The notes below the pieces were generated by a model. The model saw only the letters and a list, made by a program, of their open reading frames with translations. It made no database searches and had not been told where the DNA came from. DNA of 63,533 bases, the filler included, from Sphacelaria rigidula (lineage: Eukaryota): NCBI GenBank assembly GCA_964200075.2. It is 8 parts of 8 records of this genome, joined end to end, with 100 filler letters (N's around TTAATTAATTAA, not from the genome) between each part and the next. Parts side by side here need not be neighbours in the genome. Positions count along the whole stretch, not along the records: positions 7,957 to 15,811 come from CAXNAA020013216.1; positions 15,912 to 23,765 come from CAXNAA020013217.1; positions 23,866 to 31,719 come from CAXNAA020013218.1; 5 more parts are not named here. The stretch is one strand, 5' to 3'. The position numbers and the translations under genes are program-made. Shown one piece after another: positions 12,470 to 25,242 of this stretch (the stretch's first letter is position 1; the number at the start of each line of letters is the position of its first letter).

Positions 12470-14200
12470 CTACCCCCTGTCGCCCTCATTCCTCCGCCTT
12501 CTCGACTTCACCCTCGTCCTCTTCCTCATCCCCATCTTCATCCTCATCCTCACCTCGTCCTCGTCCCCATCTTCGTCTTCCTCCTCATCTTCTGAGGGCC
12601 GGGAACCCGGCACACTGCGCCCCGGCGCGCCGTTCCCTGGGACGCCCCGATGTGCGCTCGGGGGGAGAGCGTCGTCGTTTTCACGAACACGGAGCCTTTC
12701 ACCTTTGATCTTGTTGAGCATCTTGACCTGTTCGCTCTCCGAGACAATAGTGACCTCCTTGAACGTCTCTGCGATTCTCGTGCCGTCTTCAACGACTGTG
12801 TCCCCGTTGTGGCATCTAGTGACGTGGCCGGCCATGCCGTACTTTTATATGTACGTATCTTGAGCGCAGAATATGCACTTCACGACGGCGTTGGTGCACG
12901 GTGAAGTATCCGAACCTGCTCTTGCACTTTTCAGAGTAAGAGCGACGCCCTCATGGCGTGCGTCCCTCCGAGGAGCGTATGGACAGGTCGAGTGCATGAG
13001 AGGCGCAGCCTTGCCGGGTGGATCGTTGATTGTGGTACGGCACCCCGAGCCACCGCCGAAGCCGCATACAGTGCTCACCCGCAGAGTCTGCGGTGGGAGA
13101 AAAAAAAGGTTGCAATGCCGATGAGATGGCACGCAAGATATGGAGACTCACATTCAGCAAACACCATAGCCAAACTCCTTGCTCATTTGGACTACGACAT
13201 GTACCTTGGAAATGCGGCGAAAACGAGCACTTAGGCGGGTCAGGCAAGGCGAACGATGCGACAAGCAATGTTTACGATTCCGAACCCTCCTGTTCAATGG
13301 TATAAAGACTGATCAGGGCACTTCCCAGACATCAAAACTAACGCACCTCGTCCATCAAAATGTGGCCGCCGACGTGCAACCTCATTTTCGATCGCGGAAC
13401 TCGGAAAGGCACAGCTTGCACCAGATTTTCTCCGCCCCTGTTCCCCCGGCCGGAGCCGCACCCGCTGTGTCAGCCTCAACATGGAAGAGATCTTCGTGAG
13501 TCGAAAGTGGGTTAAGGTCGGCGCGGGCGATGTTCTGAAGAGGGAGGTGCCCCCAAGCATTCAGAGTGCCAACCTCGTCCGCGAGGAGTTTTTTTACTAC
13601 GTCGAGGTCAGAATGAGTGAACCGAAACGAGGTGCAGTCCACAACGTTGTCCAGCTCTACCAACTCTTGCATCGTCGGCCTCGCACCAAGGACGGTGCGT
13701 GTCACGGTTTCGTTCACCACGGCCGGCTCCTGGATTACGCCAGGATTTAATGGCTAGACGAGGCGACACTTGCAGGATAGCTTCCCTTTGTACATCCCCA
13801 GCTCTACCCAGTGGTCCCACGAGTCTGCAATAGGCGCACTGTCTATTGCCGAGATTACCCTGGAAGCGGAAGCTCCGTCACTCGCCTCCGGCGCAGGCCT
13901 GCTCCGTTTGAGCTTCATCAACCTCCCTTCGACAACCTCTCCACCGCCCGCCCGGGTGTCCTCGTTCGGCGCTGCAGTGCAAGAGAACAGGTCAAGGGTG
14001 TACTGGTGTGGGCACATTGCCTCCATCATCGCAAACGGGTCCTCGACGCCAAGTCCTCACGCATCTGTGTTACCAATCCCAGCGTACTGTATATCCTCAC
14101 CTCCGACACCTGGCAAGCCGCGAACGCCCAATAGCCCCACTGCGAGGACTCGTACGCGCTTCAACCGATCTTTCGACGCGCTCCCGAACTAGGATCCCAT
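12470..14200 (-). pseudogene. Spliced, decayed Cys/His-rich (multi zinc-finger-like) protein gene, probably transposon-borne
   Basis: 'KIWCKLCLSEFRDRK' then a frameshift to 'MRLHVGGHILMDE', a GT-AG intron at 13346-13088, then 'TLRVSTVCGFGGGSGC...STCPY...PCTNAVVKCIFC...YI*KYGMAGHVTRCH' and an acidic tail. Confidence 0.6.
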
Positions 14201-14585
14201 CAACTCCGTCAGGACCTGCTGCTTATGCAACTGCTTGTCATCTACGTCGCAATAGGGCGAACCCTCGTTGCTTTCACTTTCGTTCCTTGAAGAAAGTCAT
14301 CTAGCTCAACACTCGGGTTGTCAACAGCGTCATCCGTGCCCGACGGAGAGCTCTGTTCGCCTGCACACGCGGCGTCCTCGTCTCCAGAACCCCCATCACT
14401 TCCATCGGCATCAGCACCAGCCTCAACTCGAACTGTTGATATGGTGCCTGGAACAACACCTGGAGATATACGGGGGTTGAAAGAGGGTATCGGAATAAGG
14501 ACATATCTTCATGGCCCCGTGGACGCGGCGAAAACAATTGAAACTGCGATTTCGGGTGGGGGACCTGGACCTGCTGGAAAGATTA

Positions 14586-14935
14586 AATGATTGATTGATT
14601 GAATGTCGCACTTTAACTGACCCCCCAGGGGTCCAGCCGCGGTCTCATGATAGACGTGCCGAAGAAAAACGAAATTCAAACACGCTCTGAGAAAAAGGAA
14701 CACAGAAAAAAAGAAGAAAGAAGTATACCAGTAATCGGAAAGAGGAGGAAGTTGATAGACAGAACTACTTTGGCAAAGTAATAGAGATCAGAAGCCATAA
14801 AGTAGCACAATGTGAACTATACAAGGAGGAACGGGACGTGCTAGAGGGGGAAATACGGGACGTGAACGAGGGTGGCATGAAATCGCCTGATGTATTAGAT
14901 ATGTAAAATGTTTTTGCGCAGAGAATGGAAGAAAC
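14586..14935 (-). mobile_element. Non-LTR retroelement 3' end with (ATCA)n tail
   Basis: Reverse complement of the CATGAGACCRCGGCTGGACC...GGGTCAGTTAAAGTGCGACA-(ATCA)n terminus also seen at 57229-57296 (+) and 48860-48912 (-). Confidence 0.7.
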
Positions 14936-15911
14936 GTAATGAGCTATGGAAGAAGCGCAATGCGCGCCGGAATGTTGAAGATGTCTCTATTAGGAGTAGG
15001 AGCGGTGCTCCGTCTCGAAAGGGATGCGTGGTCAATGGTCAAACGACTAAGGCAAGAAACAAGTGAGTACGCCCCCCCTCAGGTCCGATTGCACCTGTTC
15101 CTGCAAAGGGTCTCCTTGCTGGCGATCAGGTTGGATGCATAAGGGTCTGCACCGCACGAGCATTCGCCACTGCGTCCAGTCGGAGGTCTGCGGATGAGCT
15201 AGGCGTCTCCCTCCCTGCGGAGAGCACTTCGCTCACCTTCGTTCGTACGCTGGCTGTGCGGAATGACCAGTACTCACACCTGTTGCGGAACCTTGATCGG
15301 TGCTGTGCGGGCGTTCTCGGGTCTACCACTTGGGGAGCTACGTGACGCTACTCGGCAAAAACAAAATGGCGTTGATTCGCGCGAATGGGGTACAGTACTC
15401 TCAAACAAGGGGTGTTTTTGACTCACCGTTGATGGTGACCAGAACCTGTTTCGAGTCCGTGGAGAACGGCCCAGTTCCGAAAGCCCAGCAGGATTTCCAC
15501 CAGCTCCCGTTTCTCCGACTCACCCACCTGTTAACCTTACGCTACAACCTTCCCGATATATAGTTACACCACCTTCTCCGGTGTCTAGCGAACCGCCATT
15601 GGCTGCGATTGGTGGAGCCGCTGTCGATGCCCCCTCTCACCCGTTGCCCCGAGCTGGCTTTCGTTGCGCTCAGCGGTCGTCCCTGAAGTTTCGTAGGTTT
15701 CTCAAGGCAAATTTACCTGCGAGGTACTTTCGTGCATCAGGCAGCGGCACTAGCAAAATATTCATACGTCGGACGAGTCATCACTCGTCGAGACGAGTGC
15801 ACTTGTTGATGNNNNNNNNNNNNNNNNNNNNNNNNNNNNNNNNNNNNNNNNNNNNTTAATTAATTAANNNNNNNNNNNNNNNNNNNNNNNNNNNNNNNNN
15901 NNNNNNNNNNN

Positions 15912-16101
15912 GAAAAAAAATAAAGGCAAGAAGCTCAGAAGGAAAGTGGGGTACTAAAAACAAATAAAAATGAAAAAGGTCCTGTGTTGACCTTCCTCCT
16001 GTGTTACCCCGGCTGATGCGCCCACATATACCAAAAGGTGTAGACTGGCGCCCAGAATATATGGGACGACAACTCACAAACACACACACACACACCCACA
16101 C
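15912..16101 (+). mobile_element. tRNA-derived SINE, 3' part at contig start
   Basis: Matches the SINE body and CA tail of 9158-9511. Confidence 0.75.
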
Positions 16102-16340
16102 CCTCCTGGGATCTGGCATAAAACGAAAAAAATGGGACAACCCTATTCATACAGCCCTTCAAAATGTCTCAGAGCACCCGTATGCAAAATTTCAGGGTCT
16201 GGCTCCACAAACCGGCGCGAGTAATCGCTGGGGAGTAAATTTCGGTCGTTTATCCTGAACCAGCCTGTAGTGACGTTCGTGGTTTGATCGCTAATTTAGC
16301 GCTGTCCACCTGTTCCTCTCCCGTTGTCCATTTTTGGCAG

Positions 16341-19300
16341 CCTCCGGATCCCGCTACTGTCCGACCCCAACCTGTCCTGGAGGAAGCAATGCGACTGGTC
16401 TCCAACAACTGGGCCAAAGGCGGAATGGACTACGTGTATGCCTGCTCGCAGCTGAAGGCCATCAGACAAGATCTTGTGGTACGGACAGTGTGCTGATTTG
16501 TTCACACGAAGCTCCATGTGTACGTGGCTCCTCGATCAACTTCTAATCTGTATATAGTGAAACTGAGTTCGCGGTGCTAGTGCTGTCTCGAATGCCGAAT
16601 TGTCATTGCCTGGGTCGGCAGCGTCTGATATCTTGAACTGGCTGCCTTCGTTGCGAAGGTGTCTTCCGGGCCCCCACTTCACTTGTCAAGGTGGGTGTGT
16701 TTGGACTGTCGTGACTCCGTATTGCCCTCGTCTCGTATCACGCAGTGTGTGCTGCCGTCCTATCCGCCCTTCAGGTTGGTGTTCGCGTCACGCGTAGCGT
16801 TATTTCTTTGTGTAGACACGCTGTTTTCATCAGGCATTCCCACCCATTGCACTTTGAAAACTGATGCACAGAACGTTGCTTTTCACCGGGATTCGCTATT
16901 CGCCATGACCTTTTGGCACTTTGAGCACCCATGCCATTTTCCCCGAGTGTTTCGTGCAGACCGTCCCCCTCTCTAATGATTGATAGACGTAAATGGATGC
17001 TGCCTTGATATCAGTAGAGTTTACCGGCGTTGGGCTACAAATGCCCATGGTTGACTGTACTTGATTTGAGTGTGTACAATGAGAATCGCAATTTTAGTAG
17101 GGCTGACAGTCCCGTACGCTTCTCGCGTGCGCAGAACGCGTTTTCGTTGAAATTGGCGCCACAGACGCCGATATGGGGTCTACCAAGGCCGCACTTTGCC
17201 GAGGGAATGTATGTACTACCCTTGCCCGAGGATTTTCGGTATGCATTGGGTTGGGGTTAGGGGTAGGGGTAGGGGTAGCGATACTTGGAAAATTGTGTCA
17301 ACCATGGACATTTGTAGCCCAACGCCGGTAAACTTGCCTCGTTGATATGGGCGTCCTCGGGATCATGTCTCAACTCGAAGATTGCAATAAGTCAGGGCTA
17401 CACATTTCTTTGCGGGACGATGGGGTGGCGATGTCATAGCTTATGCTTTTGTGTGGGTTGAGTATGCAAATTTACCCATTGATTTGAGACCGCACGCAAC
17501 GGCGCACTCGCCGGAGATGACTTGACACTTCCGTGGTACCAGTACATACACGATATAGTACACGTATCGACAGCAGCTCTCGGTGGTCATCACGCCTCAC
17601 GTCTTCATGTGGTGCTGCCCGGTTACGGTGAAGTATGGCACAGGCTGTGTGCCTAGCACGGCCTTGTCAGTGTTGCAAGACTATGGAAGCTTGAATTGAT
17701 CTTTGTTTGCTTTCCAATTGACTAGCGCTTGTAACGATCAGCCCAATCATGAAGGAGAACACGCCGAGAAAAGTTGTGACTTCGGCAGAGCTGTACTACC
17801 GTGGTACACTGTAGAGATGCAATAGAGCTCCGCATTCATGTTCTGCCAAGATTTACCGAAGATGAATGCATGTAGGTGGGGGTCGTAGTACCGCAGCAGA
17901 GCGCTCTCGGGCGATCCAATCAAAACATTTCAGTATAGATTGGTTCATTTTCACGAATCGCTGTCCGTGTATTGGCAGGTAATCACCGAGAATGCCCGAT
18001 ACCACGATTTGGAACGGGGGATGGGGAGATGCCCGTACCCCAGACAAGAATTAAAAGAACGATAGATCCTACGAACGAATTACGGGCTAACCCAAAAGGG
18101 TACGACGTGGGAGATATTTTTTTAGCAGACCAGTCTTCGGAAGTTTCACGAGTACACAGCCTCAGGTTCTCGCTTCCGCTCGATCGAACCGATCCTGATG
18201 GTCCTGACTGTTTTGGTGAGGAATCGTCTAAACTGAGTTTGTGTACGAGCTGGGCCAGCCTAGAAGCGCTTTTGGAGTTTGCAGACCAAGTCGCAATTTA
18301 ATATTTGGAGTTGGACACTGAAAATTGGTATGGACAATCAATAGGGCATGAAAAAAGTATTATGCATGAACCCCAAGATTTATTTTCTGCTGTTGGGGTG
18401 ATTTAACGGCATTTTACTCAAACCTGAAAACTGATAATTACCTCTAACTCATGAAAAAAACTCTGGGTTCATGCATGAATTAAATTTTCTCCATTATTTC
18501 AGGGTCCGACTCCGGGTAGTAAATTGCGGGTTCGCCTTACAATAGCCGGGCCAGTGCAAATTCGGAACAGTATTTTGCAGGCTGCTTACCGACCCACATT
18601 TGGTGTTTGCGTATTTTAATTTTGTGCGGGACCTTGCTTGGTCATGAACCAAGACAAATGGATCAGGTTGGTATTTAATTATCTTCTTCACTGGTTCAGG
18701 GCGATTAAGTATGGTGACGACCATTTTTTCACGAGAACGACCGAACCTCTTCCAAAAAACAAAATTGAAAGCCCAGTTTTTTGTTGTATCCAGCATACCG
18801 CTGTATTTTCCCATGCAAAGTTTCAGATCACAATCCTAAAATTGGGCAAAAAAATTGAGATCAGGCCTAACAGCAATGTTCATTTATCCTCAAAACTCCC
18901 CGAGAAACACGAAGAAGAACCAGAAAATGGGAAGAAAAAAAGTCTCAATTTTATTCTATCATGTAGTAGCGGTTCTCCAAATGAAAGTTCATAGCACAAC
19001 TCTCACAAACTGAGACGCGATATCCAGATTCAGAGCATCTATGAAAATGGTGCCTCTCCTCGTGATATATTGGTTTCAGTACGGAACCTCATGTGTGCTA
19101 TATCTCGAGATAGATGACGAATTAGGTGAAGGTGAGGGTATCTATCGTCTTCTCGTGGTGCAGGGAATGGATATTCGCACAAAAAATCGTCGCCATCCGC
19201 TGAATGTATCGCTTGGGGTTCCGTACGGTATAGGAATTACTCAACATGGGGTTTTATCAACGAGAAAATATTTGCCCAGACTTTTAGGCAGCTGCGCACC

Positions 19301-21396
19301 TTCCCCTTGATTAGACGATTAACACGATATGCGGATCACAGCCCAACCCGTCTGTGTCGATGAGAGGTTGCTTTGATAGCATAAATCCGTTTCCAAGCTG
19401 GCCGAGCTCGTAAGTTATCAATGTTATTGAGTACCACTGCCGGGGAGCGTCTGCCGGAAAAATAATTCTGGACACGTGGGCCCCATGATCGGAACTTCGA
19501 GTTTTTGAAGGGGGGGGGGGCGGACCCAGCCTACTGTCCCCTAGTTTATTGCTGAGGCGTTGGCGGGTGCGGTCAACTAAGGTGTACAGAGATCCATGGC
19601 ATGGGAAACGGATGAGACGGCGGACACGCCGCCTCCCCAAGCTCATCACTCACCACGATCACGTTTATGGGGTCATGTTTCGTGTCGTGGGCCTTGAGTA
19701 CCTACCAGTATAGTCCGGGCAAGTTTGGCGAGGCGTGAGATAAAGTTGCTACTTTGGCTACAGGCTGTCGCTACCGTACGCTCGGGTGCATACGTGTGTG
19801 TGAGGGTGGCCGGCTTCCGAGCTCATAGGGACAGTATAGCGGGCAAGGAGCCGAAGCAAAGATACGAACCTCGCAAAGCCCATCAGACTTTTCGGTTTTT
19901 GTCAGTGTTTCTTGATTAATTCATGCTACTTTTTTAAAAATTGCCCTCCGGGAGGGACGGGGGTGGGGGGGGGGGGGGGGGGCTCCGTCCGAAAAGTCTT
20001 TTCCCGACAGAGCCTTGAAGGTACGGATAATCATTCCCCCCACGGAATCAGTTTGACGAACGGTTCCGTCTGTCTGCTCCTGTTCTGTTCCAGGTTCAGA
20101 GGATAAAGAACGCCTTCACAGTGCAAGTGTACGAAGGTCACGCGCGAATTGCTCTACAACAAGTAAGTGAGACAGACCTGAAATGACTTGCGGGGTGGCC
20201 CTCCTGTCTCCGCTGGTATCTATCTGGTCGTGTCGTTGACGAATAATGATGTTTTTGTGATAATGAGAGTAGCGCGTTGATACAGAGTGCGTTTGATTAT
20301 TCGCTTCAACTTCACCAACTTCTCATCTTGTGTGTGCTCTTTTTTGTCTATAATACTGGCGTGTGCTTACAGCTACAGATCGATATCCTACTCAGGGATA
20401 TCAAGGGAAATTATATCAGGCCTCATGGAGGGGCATTTAGAAACTGAAACGGTTCATTCAGCATTTGACCGCTTTTCACTCACGATCGTATCCTCTGCTC
20501 TTAATCTCACGAAAACGCTGTTGAATCCGATTGATCGATTGATGGTCGCATCTCCGCATAACTTTGAAATGATCTCAGCACTAGGAAGCATCTCTAGAAC
20601 TTGACCTAACCCAGCGTTGCCCTCGTTTTTCTCCAGGGGGATCTGAACGAATACAACCAGTGTCAGACCCAACTCCAGGAACTCTACGCAAGCGGAATAC
20701 CTGGGCAGCACCAAGAGTTCACCGCGTACCGAATCCTGTACTACCTTTACCTCCAAGCAAGTTGCTCTGGGGGTTCCAAAGGCATTCTCAAGATTTTGCA
20801 GGAGCTTCGGCCCGGCGAGCAACACCCTGCTGTCTCACATGCCCTGCGTGTTCGACAAGCCATTTCAGTGACGGACTATCACCTCTTTTTCTCCCTGTAC
20901 GAGAACACGCCCAATCATGGGCAGCACATCATGAGCAAGCTTCTGCAAACAATGCGGGTGGAGGCGTTGCGACGCATAATCAAGGCGTGAGTTGAAGCTC
21001 GCTCTGTAACTGCATTCCACAGTTTGCGGTTCAATATTGACGAATTGTGGCGTATCCTCGCATGACAAATCCTCAGTGATGGCATAATGCAGAACCATGG
21101 TCCACCATTCGGTTCCGTAGTTGTGGTTTGGACGAGACGAAGATTATTCAACGGCGTGGCGTGTGATCAACGCTTTAACGCTTCCCCCTGTCTGGTATTG
21201 CATACGCAGGTATCGCCCAACAATATCGCTGCCATTCGTTCTAAAAGAACTACTGTTCAGAAGAGAGGAGGAGGGAGTGGTGTTCCTCCAAACGTGCGGC
21301 ATAGAGTTCTCCCCGGACGGCACCGAAATCGCTTGCAAGACAAGTTCCGTCAACGCGGGTGCACTCGACGCAGATGCACCAAACTCCTTACTTTGA
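16341..21396 (+). CDS. LENG8/THP3-like SAC3/GANP (PCI) family protein, 3' four exons: 16341-16478, 20094-20162, 20637-20986, 21210-21396
   Basis: All introns are GT-AG and phase-compatible. The spliced peptide PPDPATVRPQPVLEEAM...YVYACSQLKAIRQDLV|VQRIKNAFTVQVYEGHARIALQQ|GDLNEYNQCQTQLQELY...EFTAYRILY...HPAVSHALRVRQA...MRVEALRRIIKA|YRPTISLPFV...NSLL* has the recognisable LENG8/Thp3/SAC3A motifs. The 5' exons lie beyond the contig start at 15912. Confidence 0.93.
17018..17334. mobile_element. Intronic MITE-like element with ~38-bp TIRs
   Basis: AGTTTACCGGCGTTGGGCTACAAATGCCCATGGTTGAC (17018-17055) and its reverse complement at 17297-17334 (1 mismatch). Internal GGGTTAGGGGTAGGGGTAGGGGTAG tract. 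Confidence 0.75.
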
Positions 21397-24300
21397 AAGG
21401 AGGGGCAAAATAAAACATAGAATAATGTGCAGGTGTTGCTCATATAATTTTGTTGTCACTTCTAAATATTCTTGGCCATCTTGTCTCTGGATAAGGTAGC
21501 AGTCAGGCGTGTGCCCCGTCCTTTGGGAATCTTGAAAGCAATCTTGACAAAAGCGCCAAGCGTGTGTTCATCACTATCGCCTTTGCCCCCGCGAATATCT
21601 CGGCTCACGGCTGACGGTCCACCGCGGGGCGATGTTCCCCACATGTTGCTTGGCAACAGAGGCGACTGCTCCACGTGAGACGGCACAACCTGTGCGACGG
21701 AATAGCAGTACAAGGCCACGAAATTTGGATGTGGAAGAGATGTCTTTCGCCAGCGATGGACCCGAGATCTGTCAAGTCGCGGTGTGTTGAAGTGATCATG
21801 ACAATCACTACTATGATAGGAAACAAAAGGGGGGCACTTTGAATCTTCAAATGCCCGACCCCAAAAAAGGGAGAACACGGGGTAATGAGGGACAGCAGTG
21901 AGTAGGACGAGTACTTACAGTACGACAGTGGGAGCCACCTCTCGTTTTTTCGGGTGTACAGTTCTGCGGATGGAAAATGATCGTGGGATCTGTCGGGTGT
22001 GCAGTTAGTTAGGCGAAGTAAAAAATCAAGTGGGCTGGAGATGAGACGTTGAAACGTCATCACTCGCTTGCAAATTCAGACAAATAGAAGTCAAGTAAGG
22101 CGTAAACCTATGATGACAGCTGCATGTCCCTTTTTTTTCCGACGTGCCATCGAATTTTTAAGGTCCCTGTTTGTGGTGGAGCAGTGACTGAACAATGTTT
22201 TCGCGAGATTGAGAGTGGAAAGCCGTCAATTAGTGAAAAGGTCGTTTCAGTTCCGAAATGCCCCTCCACGAGGCCCAATATACTTTCTGTAATAGCTGGC
22301 TACTGAGGCCCTTGATCTCCCTGACTAGGATATCGATGTGTAACTGTAAGCACACGGAAGTGATAAGAGACAAAGAAAAGAACATGCAGAATAAAAAATG
22401 GCGAAGTTGAAGCAAATGATCAAAGCCACTCTCAATCAGCGCTCTATTCTTCATCTCACGAAAACGTTGTTAGTGGTGGTTGTCTATTTATTACTTCACC
22501 CACACAGCAATCTTCGTTCGACAAAAATCCGTTCAGTATGGGGTGAAGGCCAACCGCGGAGGTGCCATTTCAAAACCGAAAAAGTGCTTCCCATGGCACC
22601 TTTTTGGAGCATTTTCAGCGCGCGCCCCTGGCACAAGTGATGATTCTTCACCTAACTCCAAAACACACTCGATCATGGCCTAGCATTGCGTGCTCTCAGC
22701 TCATCAACAGCAGCGGCTCGAGCTACATGGTTTTGCGTTAGGGGGCAGTGGGGCCCTCAGATTTGTGTGTGATTGTATTGGCCCGTGTTTCGCCGAGGAA
22801 TGTAGGGCCAACACATACACACATCTAAGAGCGTTTAGTTACAAGAAAATACTGCGAAAATTGAGGATCGAAAATGAAGACGGCATTGCGATCGACCCGC
22901 TGCCCTGAAATACAACTAGGAATAGAAAGCAATTTCGAGCCCAGCGATGGATCGTTGCAATTACTCATGGCAGAATTCAAGGGTTAGGATCTGGATCTGC
23001 GACGGTTATGTTTCACCACTCACTCGGGTGATTGGAGTGAGAATAAAATGTTGATCGTCGTGAGATATTCCTCGGTCGACACACTCCATGATCCCGCGAG
23101 ATATGCACGTCGTTGGCGGCCTCGCACTTTCCGATATCTCTCCATTTGTGCTCTCGAAGTCGACAACGTCCAAATGACAATTTCAGCAGCATGTATTCGT
23201 TCAATCGATATGACTTCGATTAAGTGAGCGTGACACCGTTGGCAGTGTCAAAACACATCACCGGTACATCAAAAACGGTTACACCCCCAAAAAGCTTCGA
23301 AAGTGATAACATTTACCTCATCGTGCATGATGTGTAAGACTACCTTGAGCAGTGCTCGAAAGCACGACAACGCTCTGGCCGACGTCATTGAAGCCGCAAC
23401 GACCTTCTTGATATTTACACGCGTCGATACCAAATGCTTTGGTCAATTCCCGGCGTAGGGTGAGATACCGTTTGCCCAGAAACGATAAAAACTGTAGATA
23501 AACCATGTGGCATCGTGGTGGCAATCACTGCCGTGATGCCATTGTGGGTGATACCAAAGTCTATAGGTCTTCTGTCTGAAGGGCTGCACGTTGTTCATAC
23601 GCCGCGTGATTGCGTCGCTTCTCGCTATACAATGAACCGTGCACCCGAGTGAGTCGGGGATACCGGCGGCATAGATAGACGCCAACACTCCATTCAACAG
23701 CCAATCATCTATGTTGAGGATGGTGCTTTTGATTGAGGATGAGAACCCGGAGGATTAAAATCTTCNNNNNNNNNNNNNNNNNNNNNNNNNNNNNNNNNNN
23801 NNNNNNNNNTTAATTAATTAANNNNNNNNNNNNNNNNNNNNNNNNNNNNNNNNNNNNNNNNNNNNTCATATCTCTTACTTTTGCCTTGTACCCCGCGTCT
23901 TTATCTATGGACAGTATTTCGTCTTGGTTTCCGCTTATCTCCTTCCACACTTTTTTGACTTCTTCATCCCACCTTACTCCAGCCTGCACTATCGTACTTT
24001 TCTTCCATACAGCCCTATCAACTATTCCATGGGAAGAGGGGGGGGGAGGGGGGCATGAAGATGGGTGTGCTTACGCAAGCTATGGAGAGGCGTTCGTGTC
24101 GCCTGCGTTTTTGCGGGCTTCCATCTTTTGCTAGTACGGGCAGGCATTACTGTAAAGTGTACATATATATCTTCTTTCCAAAACCGATGCCGTCACATAT
24201 TCACCAGCACTCGAAAGAGCTAGAGCCGAACTCTAATGAAAAAAGAAGCAGGTCGTGCTCAGGACACGATCCCCAAGTTGGTGATATTGGGGTAATACGG

Positions 24301-25136
24301 AGATAAGACGTCGTTTATCAGGGGTGTGTTATTGATCGTCACCGGTGGGAAAACACAGTTTTTCGGCTCCAGCGCAATGAAAAGGTAAAAGTCCGTTATT
24401 GTTTTGTACGTTTGTTCACGACGAGAACTATCGGGATTGTTCTACCCGACCGGAAATACCGCAGAACCTGGTGCTGCGTGGTCGTATGGGACCCCCAAGG
24501 ACAGGTCAGCGCGTACGTCGTTCAATATCGATAGAAAAATGATCTTCTTGTTCTGAGTAAGGGGCGGATGCCAGTATCGCCCGATTCCCAAGATTTTGGG
24601 ATCCAACGACCACCGTGATGAGCGGTGACACGCGAAAAACACTTTTGAAAACCGCCAACTACTCCAAAACTCTCGCAAAACTCGCGTCACAAAGATGTTT
24701 ACTGTGCAAGTTAGACCAGCTGGGCGCAGTGACGTCACGCCAAAAGTGAAATGCACGACTCAATTTCAGCTGCTTTGATCCGAACTTATACGAGGAATCC
24801 CTACGCGGAAGTTGGAAGGATTTTGTTTTTTCCCGTCGAGGTATCACGTGTTAGTTTTCAGAGATTTCAAATAGCTGTAAGTTTTGGTCTGGCAACTTTT
24901 GTCACTTTTCACGCTTTGATGTCGCTGATTTCGCGTTAAATATTCAGCCTCAACTCCTGGAATCAAGCCGTGCAAATCTGTTCTACCGAATCAATTACAC
25001 ACACACAGCTAATTGCATCTCGGAGATGCACCCAGACCTGCGCGCCGCCGCCTAGTTTAAATCACGTAGACCGACCTACCACTTATTCAGGCAACACCAG
25101 CCTAGAACTTCACCAAGCGCCCATCCAACTTCTGAT

Positions 25137-25242
25137 GTATGGGTGTGGGTTAGGAATGGGAATAGAAATAGGATTCAAGGGGGCGTGCAGTATGGGTGTG
25201 GGTCAGGAATGGGAATAGAAATAGGTTTCAAGGGGGCGTGCG
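25137..25242. repeat. Tandem duplication, ~54 bp x2
   Basis: GTATGGGTGTGGGTYAGGAATGGGAATAGAAATAGGWTTCAAGGGGGCGTGC occurs twice. Confidence 0.9.

Noticed and set aside
3120-12720. Shared peptide RSKVKGSVxVK in ORFs 3011-3262 and 12550-12792
   Set aside because: Short, in different contigs, and in the second case off the likely coding frame. Treated as coincidence.
11400-19960. Inverted repeats at 11400-11665 and 19740-19960 (and 316-394 vs 55485-55560) as TIRs of giant elements
   Set aside because: The partners lie on different unlinked contigs. They are dispersed repeat copies.
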